Below the pieces are notes generated by a model. That model worked only from the letters and a program-made list of their open reading frames with translations. It was not told the origin of the DNA and searched no databases. A DNA stretch of 64,000 bases. Origin: Candidatus Bathyarchaeia archaeon. GTDB lineage: Bacteria; Hydrogenedentota; Hydrogenedentia; Hydrogenedentales; SLHB01. Shown here one piece after another: positions 1 through 8,939 of this stretch. Location of the stretch: contig DATKVG010000217.1 of NCBI GenBank assembly GCA_035530195.1, positions 5,241 to 69,240 of the forward strand, given 5' to 3'. Both the position numbers and the translations under genes were made by a program. Each line of letters starts with the position of its first letter. Position 1 is the stretch's first letter.

Positions 1-546
1 TTTGAAGACCGGGGCTGCGTGGGTGTGTATCTCGATGACATGTTCGCGTCGGCCGTCATTTACGGCAACGTGTTCTGGGAAGTGACGCGGGCCGCCTTCC
101 TCGGCGGCGGGCGCGATTGCACCGTCGAGAACAACATCTTCATCGACTGCAAACCGGCGCTGCACCTGGATGCCCGCGCGCTCAACTGGGCCGCGTACCA
201 CGCCGACGACTGGATCAAGGAATCGCAGGAGAAGGGAACGCTATCCGGCATAGCCTACAACAAGCCGCCGTACAGCACGCGGTACCCGCGGCTCATCACG
301 ATCTTGGATAAAGAACCCAAGGCGCCCGAAGGCAACGTGATCGCGCGCAACGTCTGCTGGGGCGGGACGTGGGACGAAGTCGAGCCGATCGCGCGGCCGT
401 ACCTGCGGTTTGAAGACAACATCGTGGGCGAGGACCCGCTGTTTGTCGACGCGGCGCGCCAGGATTTCACGCTGAGCCCCGAATCGCCCGCGTGGCGCGT
501 GGGGTTCAGGCCCGTCCCGTTCCGTAAGATGGGGCTGAGGAAGTAG
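1..546 (+). CDS. right-handed parallel beta-helix repeat protein, C-terminal fragment (5' end outside the window)
   Basis: The frame is open from nt 1, so the GTG at 19 in the ORF track is probably internal. YGNVFWEV..NNIFIDC..PPYSTRYP..GFRPVPFRKMGL aligns by eye with YGNVFERC..NNVMADC..PPYSTKYP..GFRPIPLDEIGL of the 1007-4624 product, making the two paralogues. Confidence 0.6.
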   Translation, partial: FEDRGCVGVYLDDMFASAVIYGNVFWEVTRAAFLGGGRDCTVENNIFIDCKPALHLDARALNWAAYHADDWIKESQEKGTLSGIAYNKPPYSTRYPRLITILDKEPKAPEGNVIARNVCWGGTWDEVEPIARPYLRFEDNIVGEDPLFVDAARQDFTLSPESPAWRVGFRPVPFRKMGLRK

Positions 547-570
547 ACTGCATGCAGCAAAAGCGGCAGC

Positions 571-750
571 AAGGAAGCTGTCTCAAAATGAGGCACGACC
601 GTTATGAAGCCTCAAAAGGAAGCTGTCTCAAAATGAGGCACGACCGTTATGAAGCCTCAAAAGGAAGCTCTCTCAAAATGAGCCGCGACTGTTATGGAGC
701 CCCAAAAGGAAGCTCTCTCAAAATGAGCCGCGACTGTTATGAAGCCCCAA
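571..750. repeat. 4 x 45 bp tandem repeat (A-A-B-B' arrangement)
   Basis: Units at 571-615 and 616-660 are identical (aaggaagctgtctcaaaatgaggcacgaccgttatgaagcctcaa). Units at 661-705 and 706-750 are a second variant (aaggaagctctctcaaaatgagccgcgactgttatgRagccccaa). Confidence 0.95.
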
Positions 751-760
751 AGGGGCGTGA

Positions 761-903
761 CATGTTAGCCTGGGGCAACGCCCCAGGTAGGGAGCAATCC
801 CAACAACCTAGCCCTGAAGGGGCGTCACAAACCCTTGTTGCGCCCCTTCAGGGCTTGACCATTGTCAATCCGCCGTCCTGGGGCGTTGCCCGAGGCTAAC
901 ATG
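761..903. repeat. nested inverted-repeat element (MITE- or structured-RNA-like)
   Basis: The outer 27 nt arms are 761-787 (catgttagcctggggcaacgccccagg) and 877-903 (cctggggcgttgcccgaggctaacatg), with 1 mismatch. The inner arms are a perfect 14 nt pair, 811-824 (gccctgaaggggcg) and 841-854 (cgccccttcagggc). Confidence 0.85.
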
Positions 904-1006
904 CATGGCTCCTTCAGAGCTTTTTTGTTCGGTGGGCAGTGTTTTAGGACAGCTTCCAAGCTGCCATAGTCCATATAACGACGCGTCGGCAAAAAGGAGA
1001 TATTTG

Positions 1007-4000
1007 ATGCGCACTTGCGTAGTGCTGGGAATATTGGTTGCAGCGGGGCTGGGTGCTTGGGCGGAAGGCGCCGATGTGCAGGGGCTATTCGACCAGGGCG
1101 CGGCCGCGATCGACGCGGGGCAGTACGGGCCGGCGCGCGACGCGTTCGAGCAGGCGGCAGCGATGGAAGGGATCGAGGCGGGCCTGCGCAGCCTGGCAAC
1201 ACTGCGCGTGATCGACTGCCTTGTGCTCGAGCAGCGGTATGAAGACGCGGCGCGTGCGTGTGAGGAACTGGCGCGACTCGAGGGAATCCCGCCGCATCAT
1301 AAATGGGAAGCCGGGCAGTACCTGGACTCCATAAAACGTACTCAAGCGGGCCTGACGCCGCGCGACCCCACGGCGACGCGTGTCAAAATCGAGCCCGACC
1401 CATCGCCGGCCGCCGTGTTTTTCATCGGTCCCAACGGCGCCGATTCCGCTGAAGGGTCGCAGCAGGCGCCATTCGCCACGTTCGCACGTGCGCTCGATGC
1501 GGTGCGGGCGTTGAAACAATCGGCGCCGGACCGGCTGATGCCGCCGGGCGGCGTGCGAATACGGTTTTTGCCGGGCGTGTACCGGATTCGCGAGGGGCTG
1601 AAACTGCCGGTGGACGCATCGGGCCGGGCAGGCGCGCCGCTCGTGATTGAAGGGAAAGGCGCCAAAATCAGCGGCGGCGTGGTGGTTGAAGGGCTGAAGC
1701 CGGTCGAGGACCCGGCGGTGCTCGAGCGGCTTCCCGAGGAAGCGCGGGGAAAAGTTTTGGAGGCGGATTTAAAAGCACAGGGATTGGATCGGTTTCCGGC
1801 GCTTTCATCGCGGGGATTCGCGAAAACACCGCAACCGTTTCTGGAAGTTTACGTGAACGGCCAGCCGACAAAGCCGGCGCGGTGGCCCAATGAGGGCTTC
1901 GTCAAAACAGGCAAAATCATTGACGCGGGCCTGCCGGGGTCAGGCACACAAGCGGCGTTCGAGTACGCCGAGGACCGGCCCGCGCGATGGAACGCCGCAA
2001 AGGACCTCTACCTCTACGGCTACTGGTTCTATGATTGGGCCGACAATTCGGTGCGGGCGTCGATAGACCCCGTAGCGAAAACGTTTACGCTGCCGGATCA
2101 GACGGCCTACGGCATCAAAGACGGCCAGTGGTATTGCGCGCTGAACCTGCTCGAAGAGATTGACCAGCCGGGCGAATGGTACCTCGACCGCGAGACGGGC
2201 CGCCTTTACTTGTATCCGCTGGACGGGCTGAAGGGTGCGCCGGTCGAGGTGTCGGTGCTCACGGAGCCGCTGCTCGAGATGACGCGGGCGTGGCACGTGC
2301 GCGTCGAGGGGCTGACGTTCGAACTGGGCGCGTGGACGGGCATCGAGATCCGCGGCGGGCGCGACTGCTTCGTCACGGGCTGTGTGGTGCGCAGGGTGGC
2401 CGGTACGGGCATCGCAATCGAGGACAGCCGGGACTGCGGCGCCCTCAGTTGCGACATCTACACCGTCGGCCGCGGCGGCGTCGAGATAGCCGGTGGCGAC
2501 AGAAAAACGCTGGCGCCGGGTGGCCTGTTCGTCGAGAACTGCCACATCTACGACTACTCGAGGGTCGACCACACATACACGCCGGCCGTCGTCATCGAGG
2601 GCGCGGGCAACCGGATCGCCCACAACAAGTTTCACGACTCGTCGTGCCAGGGCATCCGGCTCGAAGGCAACGACCACGTCGTCGAGTTCAACGAAATTCA
2701 CGAGGTGGTGCGCGAGTCCGACGATCAAGGCGGGCTGGACATGTGGGGCAACCCGAGCTACCGCGGCAACGTCCTGCGGTACAACCACTGGCACGACATT
2801 GGCAACGGGCGACTGTGCGGCCAGGCGGGCATCCGGCTGGATGACGCGATCAGCGGGACGGTCGTCTACGGCAACGTGTTCGAGCGGTGCAGCGGGGCCA
2901 ATTTCGGCGCGGTCCAAATCCACGGCGGCAAAGACAACTGGGTCGACAACAACGTCATGGCCGACTGCAAGTACGCGATCAGTTTCTCGCAGTGGGGCAA
3001 TGTACGCTGGGACAATTTTCTGGCGAGCGATGGTGTGCAGAAACTGCTGAAGCAAGACGTGGATATCACGCGCCCGCCATACAGCACGAAGTACCCGGAC
3101 CTCGCGTGGCTGGGCGAGGGCAACGACATCAACAGGATCTGGCGGAATCTCGTCTACAACTGCGGCGCGTTTCTCACGCGCGACAACGGCCGCGAAAAGC
3201 TGGCCAACAACCTGGTGGTGCAGCCAGATCCCGCGGCAGGCGCGCAAGGATGGAAACCACTGCTTGCCGACGGGACCGCGCTGCGTAAGATCGGTTTCCG
3301 GCCGATCCCGTTGGACGAGATCGGGTTGTACGATGATGTGTACCGGGCGGGCGCCTCCGTCACTGCGGTGGGCGAGGATCTGCCCGAGCGCGTGGGCTGG
3401 CACAAGGCGCAGTACGACGCGGACGGTAAGCTGATCCCGTGGACAACCTGGCAGGACGCGGTGGACCGCGAGATGAAATGGTATCTCGACTGCCCGCTTG
3501 ACCCGTACGGCTACCCGATTTTCGTGTTCACGACTTTCATGGACGAGTTGTATCAGCCGTACAAACCCGAGGTAATCCCCGCAACCCAGGACGGAATGGG
3601 CATCATCTCGTACCTCAAATACTGGGAATGGTCGGGCAAACGCGCGGGCGCGCCGAACCCAAAGATCCTCGAATGGGCGCGCAAAATGGGCGACTACCTC
3701 GTCGATCAAACCCTGACGCCAAACGAGGGGCCGTACCCCGCGTTTACCCGCTCGACCGGCCTCAACACGGACTTCCCGCTGACGCACAGTTCGCAGGGCG
3801 ACGCGGCCCACGGGCCCAACGTGATCGAGCCGGACAAGGGCGGCATCGCGGGATACGCGCTGGTGCTGCTGCATCGCGAGACGGGCGAGAAACGCTACCT
3901 GGATCAGGCGGTCCAAAACGCGGACGTGCTGGCGAAGAACATGATCGAAGGCGACGCGCTGCATTCGCCGTGGCCGTTCCGGATGGATTCGACCACGGGC

Positions 4001-4624
4001 CAGTTCTGGGGCGAGCGCAGCGGTAACATGGCGTTCATCCTGCGGCTGTTCGACGAGTTGCTGGCGCTCGGGATGGACCAATACCGTGCGCCGCGCGAGA
4101 AGTTGTGGAAATGGATCAAGACGTACCAGTTCAATGCGCCCGAGGACCGCGCGTCGAACCTGTGGATACAGTTCTTCGAAGACATGACTGAGGAGGACAA
4201 CCGGAACTCGTGGGCGCCGCTCGAGATGGCCCGCTACCTGATCGAGAAGAAAGAGGCGCTGGACCCCGATTGGAAACTGGATGCGGAGAAATGCATCGAT
4301 TTCGCAATCCGCAACTTCGGCGACCCGCGACCCGGCGGCGTAATGCTGATGGGCGAACAGGACTCGGACCGGCGTGCGTGGGGCGGAGCATGCTCGAAAC
4401 TGGGCGGCGTCGCGGCGATGTTTTACGCCGCGGGCGGCGGTGACAAATACAAGGAAATCGCGTACCGAAACCTGACGTGGGTGACGTATTTTATCCGCGA
4501 GGACGGCGTGCCGTGCGATCAAACCGGCGAGCCGCGCGTCCGCGAAGGCGGCTGGCAGGAAGATTGCCACACCGATGTCGTGCACAACTTCGTGGACGCC
4601 TGGAAAACAGGCGCGTTTCAGTAG
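1007..4624 (+). CDS. secreted multidomain protein: signal peptide, TPR-like N-terminus, parallel beta-helix (pectate-lyase-fold) core, and a C-terminal domain that may be an (alpha/alpha)-barrel glycoside-hydrolase-like fold
   Basis: The preferred start is ATG 1007, with AGGAGA 6 nt upstream and the signal-like MRTCVVLGILVAAGLGAWA. Beta-helix repeats follow (GIEIRGGRDC, GIAIEDSRDC, GVEIAGGD, NRIAHNKFHD, GIRLEGNDH). The C-terminal fold is a guess. Confidence 0.75.
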   Translation: MRTCVVLGILVAAGLGAWAEGADVQGLFDQGAAAIDAGQYGPARDAFEQAAAMEGIEAGLRSLATLRVIDCLVLEQRYEDAARACEELARLEGIPPHHKWEAGQYLDSIKRTQAGLTPRDPTATRVKIEPDPSPAAVFFIGPNGADSAEGSQQAPFATFARALDAVRALKQSAPDRLMPPGGVRIRFLPGVYRIREGLKLPVDASGRAGAPLVIEGKGAKISGGVVVEGLKPVEDPAVLERLPEEARGKVLEADLKAQGLDRFPALSSRGFAKTPQPFLEVYVNGQPTKPARWPNEGFVKTGKIIDAGLPGSGTQAAFEYAEDRPARWNAAKDLYLYGYWFYDWADNSVRASIDPVAKTFTLPDQTAYGIKDGQWYCALNLLEEIDQPGEWYLDRETGRLYLYPLDGLKGAPVEVSVLTEPLLEMTRAWHVRVEGLTFELGAWTGIEIRGGRDCFVTGCVVRRVAGTGIAIEDSRDCGALSCDIYTVGRGGVEIAGGDRKTLAPGGLFVENCHIYDYSRVDHTYTPAVVIEGAGNRIAHNKFHDSSCQGIRLEGNDHVVEFNEIHEVVRESDDQGGLDMWGNPSYRGNVLRYNHWHDIGNGRLCGQAGIRLDDAISGTVVYGNVFERCSGANFGAVQIHGGKDNWVDNNVMADCKYAISFSQWGNVRWDNFLASDGVQKLLKQDVDITRPPYSTKYPDLAWLGEGNDINRIWRNLVYNCGAFLTRDNGREKLANNLVVQPDPAAGAQGWKPLLADGTALRKIGFRPIPLDEIGLYDDVYRAGASVTAVGEDLPERVGWHKAQYDADGKLIPWTTWQDAVDREMKWYLDCPLDPYGYPIFVFTTFMDELYQPYKPEVIPATQDGMGIISYLKYWEWSGKRAGAPNPKILEWARKMGDYLVDQTLTPNEGPYPAFTRSTGLNTDFPLTHSSQGDAAHGPNVIEPDKGGIAGYALVLLHRETGEKRYLDQAVQNADVLAKNMIEGDALHSPWPFRMDSTTGQFWGERSGNMAFILRLFDELLALGMDQYRAPREKLWKWIKTYQFNAPEDRASNLWIQFFEDMTEEDNRNSWAPLEMARYLIEKKEALDPDWKLDAEKCIDFAIRNFGDPRPGGVMLMGEQDSDRRAWGGACSKLGGVAAMFYAAGGGDKYKEIAYRNLTWVTYFIREDGVPCDQTGEPRVREGGWQEDCHTDVVHNFVDAWKTGAFQ

Positions 4625-4823
4625 ACATTCGGCACAAGGCCATAATAGGCGCAATCAAAGATGGGGCTGAGACCGAAAAGATGTTTCGGTGGGGTCGCGC
4701 TCCCGCGCGACCGGGTGGTGGCGGAGGCGGTGCGGTGGAGGCCAAGTTCGGGTGATGGCGCCACGGTCGAGCAGGAGCTCGACCCCACCGCGTTGGCGCT
4801 TCTACGATGAGAGGACTTTAAGG

Positions 4824-5978
4824 ATGAAGCTCATTGTGCGGGGGCATCTGCTCGACGAGACACAGGTGTCCGATGTTGTGGTGGATGCGGGGCATGTGGT
4901 GTCGATGGCGCAAGCTGGTCGCGGGCGCGCCGACATCGGCGGGCGCGACTCGATCATCGCCCCGACACTGTTCGACATCCAGGTGAACGGCGTGATGGGG
5001 ATGGACCTGCAGAGTCCCGCGCTGCGTATCGAGGATGTTCGCGGCATCACGGACTATCTTGCGGGCTGGGGTGTGTCGCGGTTTGTGCCGACCGTCATGA
5101 CGGGCGCGCCGGCCACGATGGCGAGGTCGTGCAGGGTCATTGCCCAGGCAATCGAGCAGGACCGGGAGGTAGCGCGGGCCGTGCCGGGGATTCATCTCGA
5201 GGGGCCGTGCATCTCGCCGGAGGACGGCCCGCGGGGCGCCCACGCGCGCCGGTACGTGGGCAAACCCGACCTGCGCGCGTTCGACAAGCTGTACGATGCC
5301 GCCGCCGGCCGCATCGTATATACGACGGTCGCGCCGGAATTGCCGGGCGCGGCCGAGTACATTCGCGCACTGACGGCGCGCGGCGTCGTGGTGTCGCTCG
5401 GGCATCATAATGCGACGGGCGAGCAGATCGCGCGCGCGGTCGACGCGGGCGCGCGGATGTGCACGCACCTCGGCAACGGGCTCGCCTCGATGATCCACCG
5501 CCACACCAACCCCCTGTGGCCGCAACTGGCCGACGACCGGCTGGCCGCATCACTCCTCCCCGATTTGCAGCACCTGCCCGCGCCGATGCTGAAGACGTTC
5601 ATCCGCGCAAAAGGCCCGCGCAACATCGTGCTGGCGTCCGACTGTGTTCACATCGCGGGGCAGCCGCCAGGCAGGTACATGCTGGGCGAGATGGCCGTGG
5701 AACTGCTGCCGAGCGGCCGGATCTGCCTGAGCGGCACCGACCTGCTCGGGGGAAGTTCGCTCACGCTGCTGCAGGGTGTCGTCAACGCCGCGCAGACCGG
5801 CGCCATGACGATGGCGCAAGCGTTCGCAAGCGCATCGGACGTGTCCGCGCGCGTGCTCCGGTTGAAGAACCGCAGTCGTATGCCCGAGCCGGGGAAGAAG
5901 GCCGACTTCCTGGTGTTCAGGTTGGAAGAAGGCAGGGCCGTGCCGCAGGCGGTGTTTGTCAGGGGGAAGTTGGCGTAG
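4824..5978 (+). CDS. nagA: N-acetylglucosamine-6-phosphate deacetylase
   Basis: LFDIQVNG, GIHLEGPCISPE..GAH, VAPELPGA, SLGHHNAT and THLGNG match the NagA (E. coli-type) motif order. The start is taken at MKLIVRG rather than the Arg-rich upstream extension. Confidence 0.85.
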   Translation: MKLIVRGHLLDETQVSDVVVDAGHVVSMAQAGRGRADIGGRDSIIAPTLFDIQVNGVMGMDLQSPALRIEDVRGITDYLAGWGVSRFVPTVMTGAPATMARSCRVIAQAIEQDREVARAVPGIHLEGPCISPEDGPRGAHARRYVGKPDLRAFDKLYDAAAGRIVYTTVAPELPGAAEYIRALTARGVVVSLGHHNATGEQIARAVDAGARMCTHLGNGLASMIHRHTNPLWPQLADDRLAASLLPDLQHLPAPMLKTFIRAKGPRNIVLASDCVHIAGQPPGRYMLGEMAVELLPSGRICLSGTDLLGGSSLTLLQGVVNAAQTGAMTMAQAFASASDVSARVLRLKNRSRMPEPGKKADFLVFRLEEGRAVPQAVFVRGKLA

Positions 5979-5990
5979 GAAAGAACATAG

Positions 5991-6049
5991 GACGGATCAG
6001 ACGGATCGGACGGATCGGGACCGATCGGACCGATCGGACCGATCAGACC
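5991..6049. repeat. 9 bp minisatellite: 3 x gacggatcR followed by 3 x ggaccgatc
   Basis: Read directly from the sequence. It lies between the convergent stops of nagA and the GT9 gene and contains repeated CGATCG and GGAC. Confidence 0.95.
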
Positions 6050-6873
6050 TATAGCAAGGCGGACAAGACTTCCTCCGCTGTTGGAAAACCTTCTTTCCCT
6101 TGGATGACGCGAACATTCTCGCCTCTTGGCGCCCAGACGGCGGGGTTGGTCGGGCCGAATATGGCGAGGGTGGGGCATCCCACGGCGGCGGCGAGGTGGG
6201 TGATACCGCTGTCGTTGCCGATGTAGAGGCGCGCGCGGGCGAGCGTCCTGCCGAGACTGGCCGGCAACATCGGGGGCAGCGACGGGCCCAGGCCCTGCAT
6301 CTGCTCTTCGGCAGGCCCCGTGCACCAGACAATCCGGCGCCCGCGGCGGGTCAGTTCATCGGCCACGGCACGAAAATTATCCAAGGGCCAATTCTTCTGC
6401 CGGCCGCCGCTGCCCGGCTGAATGACCACATCGAGATCCGGCGTATCTTTGATGTCTTTAAACGACAGCCGCGGCGGGCCGGGGTCTTCGAGATCGAGGC
6501 AGTCGAGATAGTAGGCCGATGCGTGCCGCACCCAATCGGCGGGCGGCAGCCCCGGATAGGCGTGGATCTCCTCGATGCCGCAGCCGCACATTGCATCCAG
6601 CATGGCCGCATCCGGCCGGAGCCACGCGACACATCGGTCAAATTGGGCCAAAAACCCGCGCAGCCGGGGCGACGGTATCGAGAAAAGCGTGTCGAACTCG
6701 CACGCGCCCGCGTCATGGGCGGCGTCGGCCAGCCCGCCATCGACGGCTATTTGCAGCCGCTCCCGCTTGCCCAGCAGTTCAATAGGGCCGCTGCCGCGGA
6801 GCGCCGCCAATGAAGGGCAGGACAGCAGGAAGTCGCCGATGCCGCCCAGATGAATGACCAGCGTGCGCATCAC
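6049..6873 (-). CDS. glycosyltransferase family 9 (heptosyltransferase-like)
   Basis: N-terminal MRTLVIHLGGIGDFLLSCPSL and C-terminal GNDSGITHLAAAVGCPTLAIFGPTNP are typical GT9 signatures. Confidence 0.75.
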   Translation of the reverse strand: MMRTLVIHLGGIGDFLLSCPSLAALRGSGPIELLGKRERLQIAVDGGLADAAHDAGACEFDTLFSIPSPRLRGFLAQFDRCVAWLRPDAAMLDAMCGCGIEEIHAYPGLPPADWVRHASAYYLDCLDLEDPGPPRLSFKDIKDTPDLDVVIQPGSGGRQKNWPLDNFRAVADELTRRGRRIVWCTGPAEEQMQGLGPSLPPMLPASLGRTLARARLYIGNDSGITHLAAAVGCPTLAIFGPTNPAVWAPRGENVRVIQGKEGFPTAEEVLSALL

Positions 6874-8420
6874 GGGGAACGTTGCACCACTTCATAAATC
6901 ACGACGCGCGACCGCGGATACGGGGCGAACTCCTTGATCAGGCGGAGGTCGTCGGGTGCGAGCTGCGGGTTGAGCAGCGGCGCCATACCGGGGGCCATCT
7001 GCGCCGTGTAACGCTCATCAACAACGACGTACCGCGCGCCCGCTTTTTTCGCCCTGGCCACGGCGCCCTCGAGCGAGTCGTTGAGGTCGGGGCCGGTGGA
7101 CGGCATGCCGGCGTAATAGGCGATCTGGGGTTTGCGCGAGAAGATGAGTCCCGGCGCCAGATTGTTGTGCATCCACAATCCGGCCGTCTTATATTCGAGT
7201 GGTTTCACCGGCTGGCGGTGCATGTAGTCGGCCGCGAGCGCGAGCGCCACGCCGAAAACCATCAGCAAAACCAGCGACGCGGCCGGCGCAAGGTGCAGCA
7301 GCCTGCCAAACCGCAACCTGCGCGCACGACGCGCTACAACCACAATCCCAAGCGCCGACCACATCGACAGCGCAACCAAAACCGACATCTGATACCGCGG
7401 CTCCGGCGAGAGCACAAACAGGCTCAAAAACCACTGGCAGAACGCATAGAACAGAACAAAAAACTCGAGGCGCACGTCGCGCTTAAGCGGCGCACCGTCG
7501 GGACGCCCCCCGGCCGCGCTTCCCAGCGCCGCGCTTCTTAGCGCGCTTTGTGGGGGGTGTCCCTCTTTTCCCTCCTCCTCAGGCCGATTAAAAAAACCCG
7601 CGCCGATGAACAGCAGCAGCACCGGGCCAAGCATGACGGGCAGGACTTCCGTGACCGTCTTGACAGCCGTTTTGGCCATCTCGACGAATTCAAAGTCCAT
7701 CAGGATTCTGTCGGCGCGATAGTTGATGGCCGCGTGGCCGGCAACCCGGCTCATATAGGCCGCGTACGCCCCGAGGAGCACGGCGCACACGGCCGCGTAG
7801 GGTAGAAGGCGCCACAGCTTTTTGCGCTCGCCGCGACCGAGCAACAACAGACCCGCAATTGGCGCCGCAGCCAGCAGAAATGTACCTTCCGGCCGCGTCA
7901 GGTGGAGCAGGAAAAACGCGAGCGCGGCCGCGGGAACGTACAAGCCGCCGCGGCGCAACCCCCTCGCCAGAAGCCATACCGACGTGAACCAGAGCGTGGC
8001 GGCCAGCATGTCCGGCCCGACGCGGTTCGAATAGTCGGCCAGCCACGGCCAAAGGGCGACGGCGAGCGCGCTGATGCGGGCAGGGCCGCGCCCGTGCATG
8101 TCGCGCGACACGGCGTAGACCGGCAAGACCAGACAAATGCCCGCCACAAACGACACAAAAATCCCGGCTGCTTCCCAATTAAGGATAAACAGGCCCGCCA
8201 GCGCCGTCAGCGCCGGGTACAAGACGGGGATTTTCGGGTCAAACCCGAAGAAATGGCCCATCGAAAGCTGCCGCGCCGACTCCAGATAGTGGATCGCATC
8301 GGCCGTATCAAGGACTTGCGGGGTGCCAAACACAAACGCCGCCCGCACAAGAAACGCCAGCACCATCAACATGGCGCAATCCCTGGCGGCGCCCAATCTG
8401 TTTTCCACGTTCGTTTCCAC
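6870..8420 (-). CDS. polytopic membrane glycosyltransferase (ArnT/PMT, GT39/GT83-like)
   Basis: About 10 predicted TM helices plus a C-terminal soluble domain. It overlaps the GT9 gene by 4 nt. The family assignment is from architecture only. Confidence 0.55.
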   Translation of the reverse strand: METNVENRLGAARDCAMLMVLAFLVRAAFVFGTPQVLDTADAIHYLESARQLSMGHFFGFDPKIPVLYPALTALAGLFILNWEAAGIFVSFVAGICLVLPVYAVSRDMHGRGPARISALAVALWPWLADYSNRVGPDMLAATLWFTSVWLLARGLRRGGLYVPAAALAFFLLHLTRPEGTFLLAAAPIAGLLLLGRGERKKLWRLLPYAAVCAVLLGAYAAYMSRVAGHAAINYRADRILMDFEFVEMAKTAVKTVTEVLPVMLGPVLLLFIGAGFFNRPEEEGKEGHPPQSALRSAALGSAAGGRPDGAPLKRDVRLEFFVLFYAFCQWFLSLFVLSPEPRYQMSVLVALSMWSALGIVVVARRARRLRFGRLLHLAPAASLVLLMVFGVALALAADYMHRQPVKPLEYKTAGLWMHNNLAPGLIFSRKPQIAYYAGMPSTGPDLNDSLEGAVARAKKAGARYVVVDERYTAQMAPGMAPLLNPQLAPDDLRLIKEFAPYPRSRVVIYEVVQRSP

Positions 8421-8466
8421 GGCTCAGATTCTACCCGTGCCTGCCGATTCAATCAACGGCGGCGTT

Positions 8467-8729
8467 GGCCCGAAATCATTTCGGGCCATGGAGTTTGTAC
8501 ATTTTCCACCCCCGTGAGATCCCGTTTTTCCAAAGGCCGCCTTGCGCACCAAAGGCCGCCTTGCACACCAAAAGGCCGCCGGGCGTACCAAGGCTGCCGG
8601 ACGCATCAAAGGCTGCCGGACACATTCTTGAACCCGCGAAAGCGGGTGGCTCAGAATGTGGCCCAGGGTGACCGCAGGGAACCCTGGGATAGAGGCTCCC
8701 CCCCGTGATAGAAGTCCCCGAAGGGGCCG
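8467..8729. repeat. left arm of a large imperfect inverted repeat flanking the low-GC insert; contains 5 x 19-20 bp tandem repeats (8530-8625)
   Basis: 8467-8502 (ggcccgaaatcatttcgggccatggagtttgtacat) is the reverse complement of 10570-10605. 8651-8729 is the reverse complement of 10435-10512 at roughly 85% identity by eye. The tandem units are ccaaaggccgccttgcRca and related forms. Confidence 0.8.
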
Positions 8730-8939
8730 TCAGAACCTCGAAAGGATCGCGAAATGCCGCATTCGTACCACAACCTTCTTTATCGCATGCTCCACTCAAG
8801 GAATAAAAGCCGCCCTTGGATTGACGCGAAAGTAGACGCGCGTCTCCCGTACCCCCGGCCACGGCACCGGCCAATAGCGGACCTATTCTTCACAGCCCAC
8901 GGTGAAACAAACAGCCGTCGCGTGCATTCCGGCCTTTGT

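Noticed and set aside
571-750. Possible CRISPR arrays: the 45 bp repeats here, the 19 bp repeats at 8530-8625, and the hairpin array at 23470-23772
   Set aside because: The tandem repeats are contiguous with no unique spacers. The 23.5 kb hairpins have different sequences rather than a constant repeat. No cas genes are in the window.
552-899. 115 aa ORF spanning the 45 bp tandem repeat
   Set aside because: The translation is just the repeat read as GSCLKMRHDRYEASK x4 and then runs into the inverted-repeat element. There is no start context or motif, so it is treated as non-coding repeat DNA.
1940-4654. 904 aa ORF on the minus strand
   Set aside because: It is fully antisense to the well-supported beta-helix gene. 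The product is Arg/Ala/Val/His-rich and low-complexity with no recognisable motif, a typical shadow ORF of high-GC DNA.
4625-4823. Two 8 bp-stem hairpins (ggtcgcgc-tccc-gcgcgacc near 4693-4712 and ggtcgagc-agga-gctcgacc near 4765-4786) as a riboswitch upstream of nagA
   Set aside because: I recognise no known riboswitch consensus. The hairpins resemble the generic GC-rich palindromes seen throughout the intergenic DNA here, so there is too little to support a specific call.
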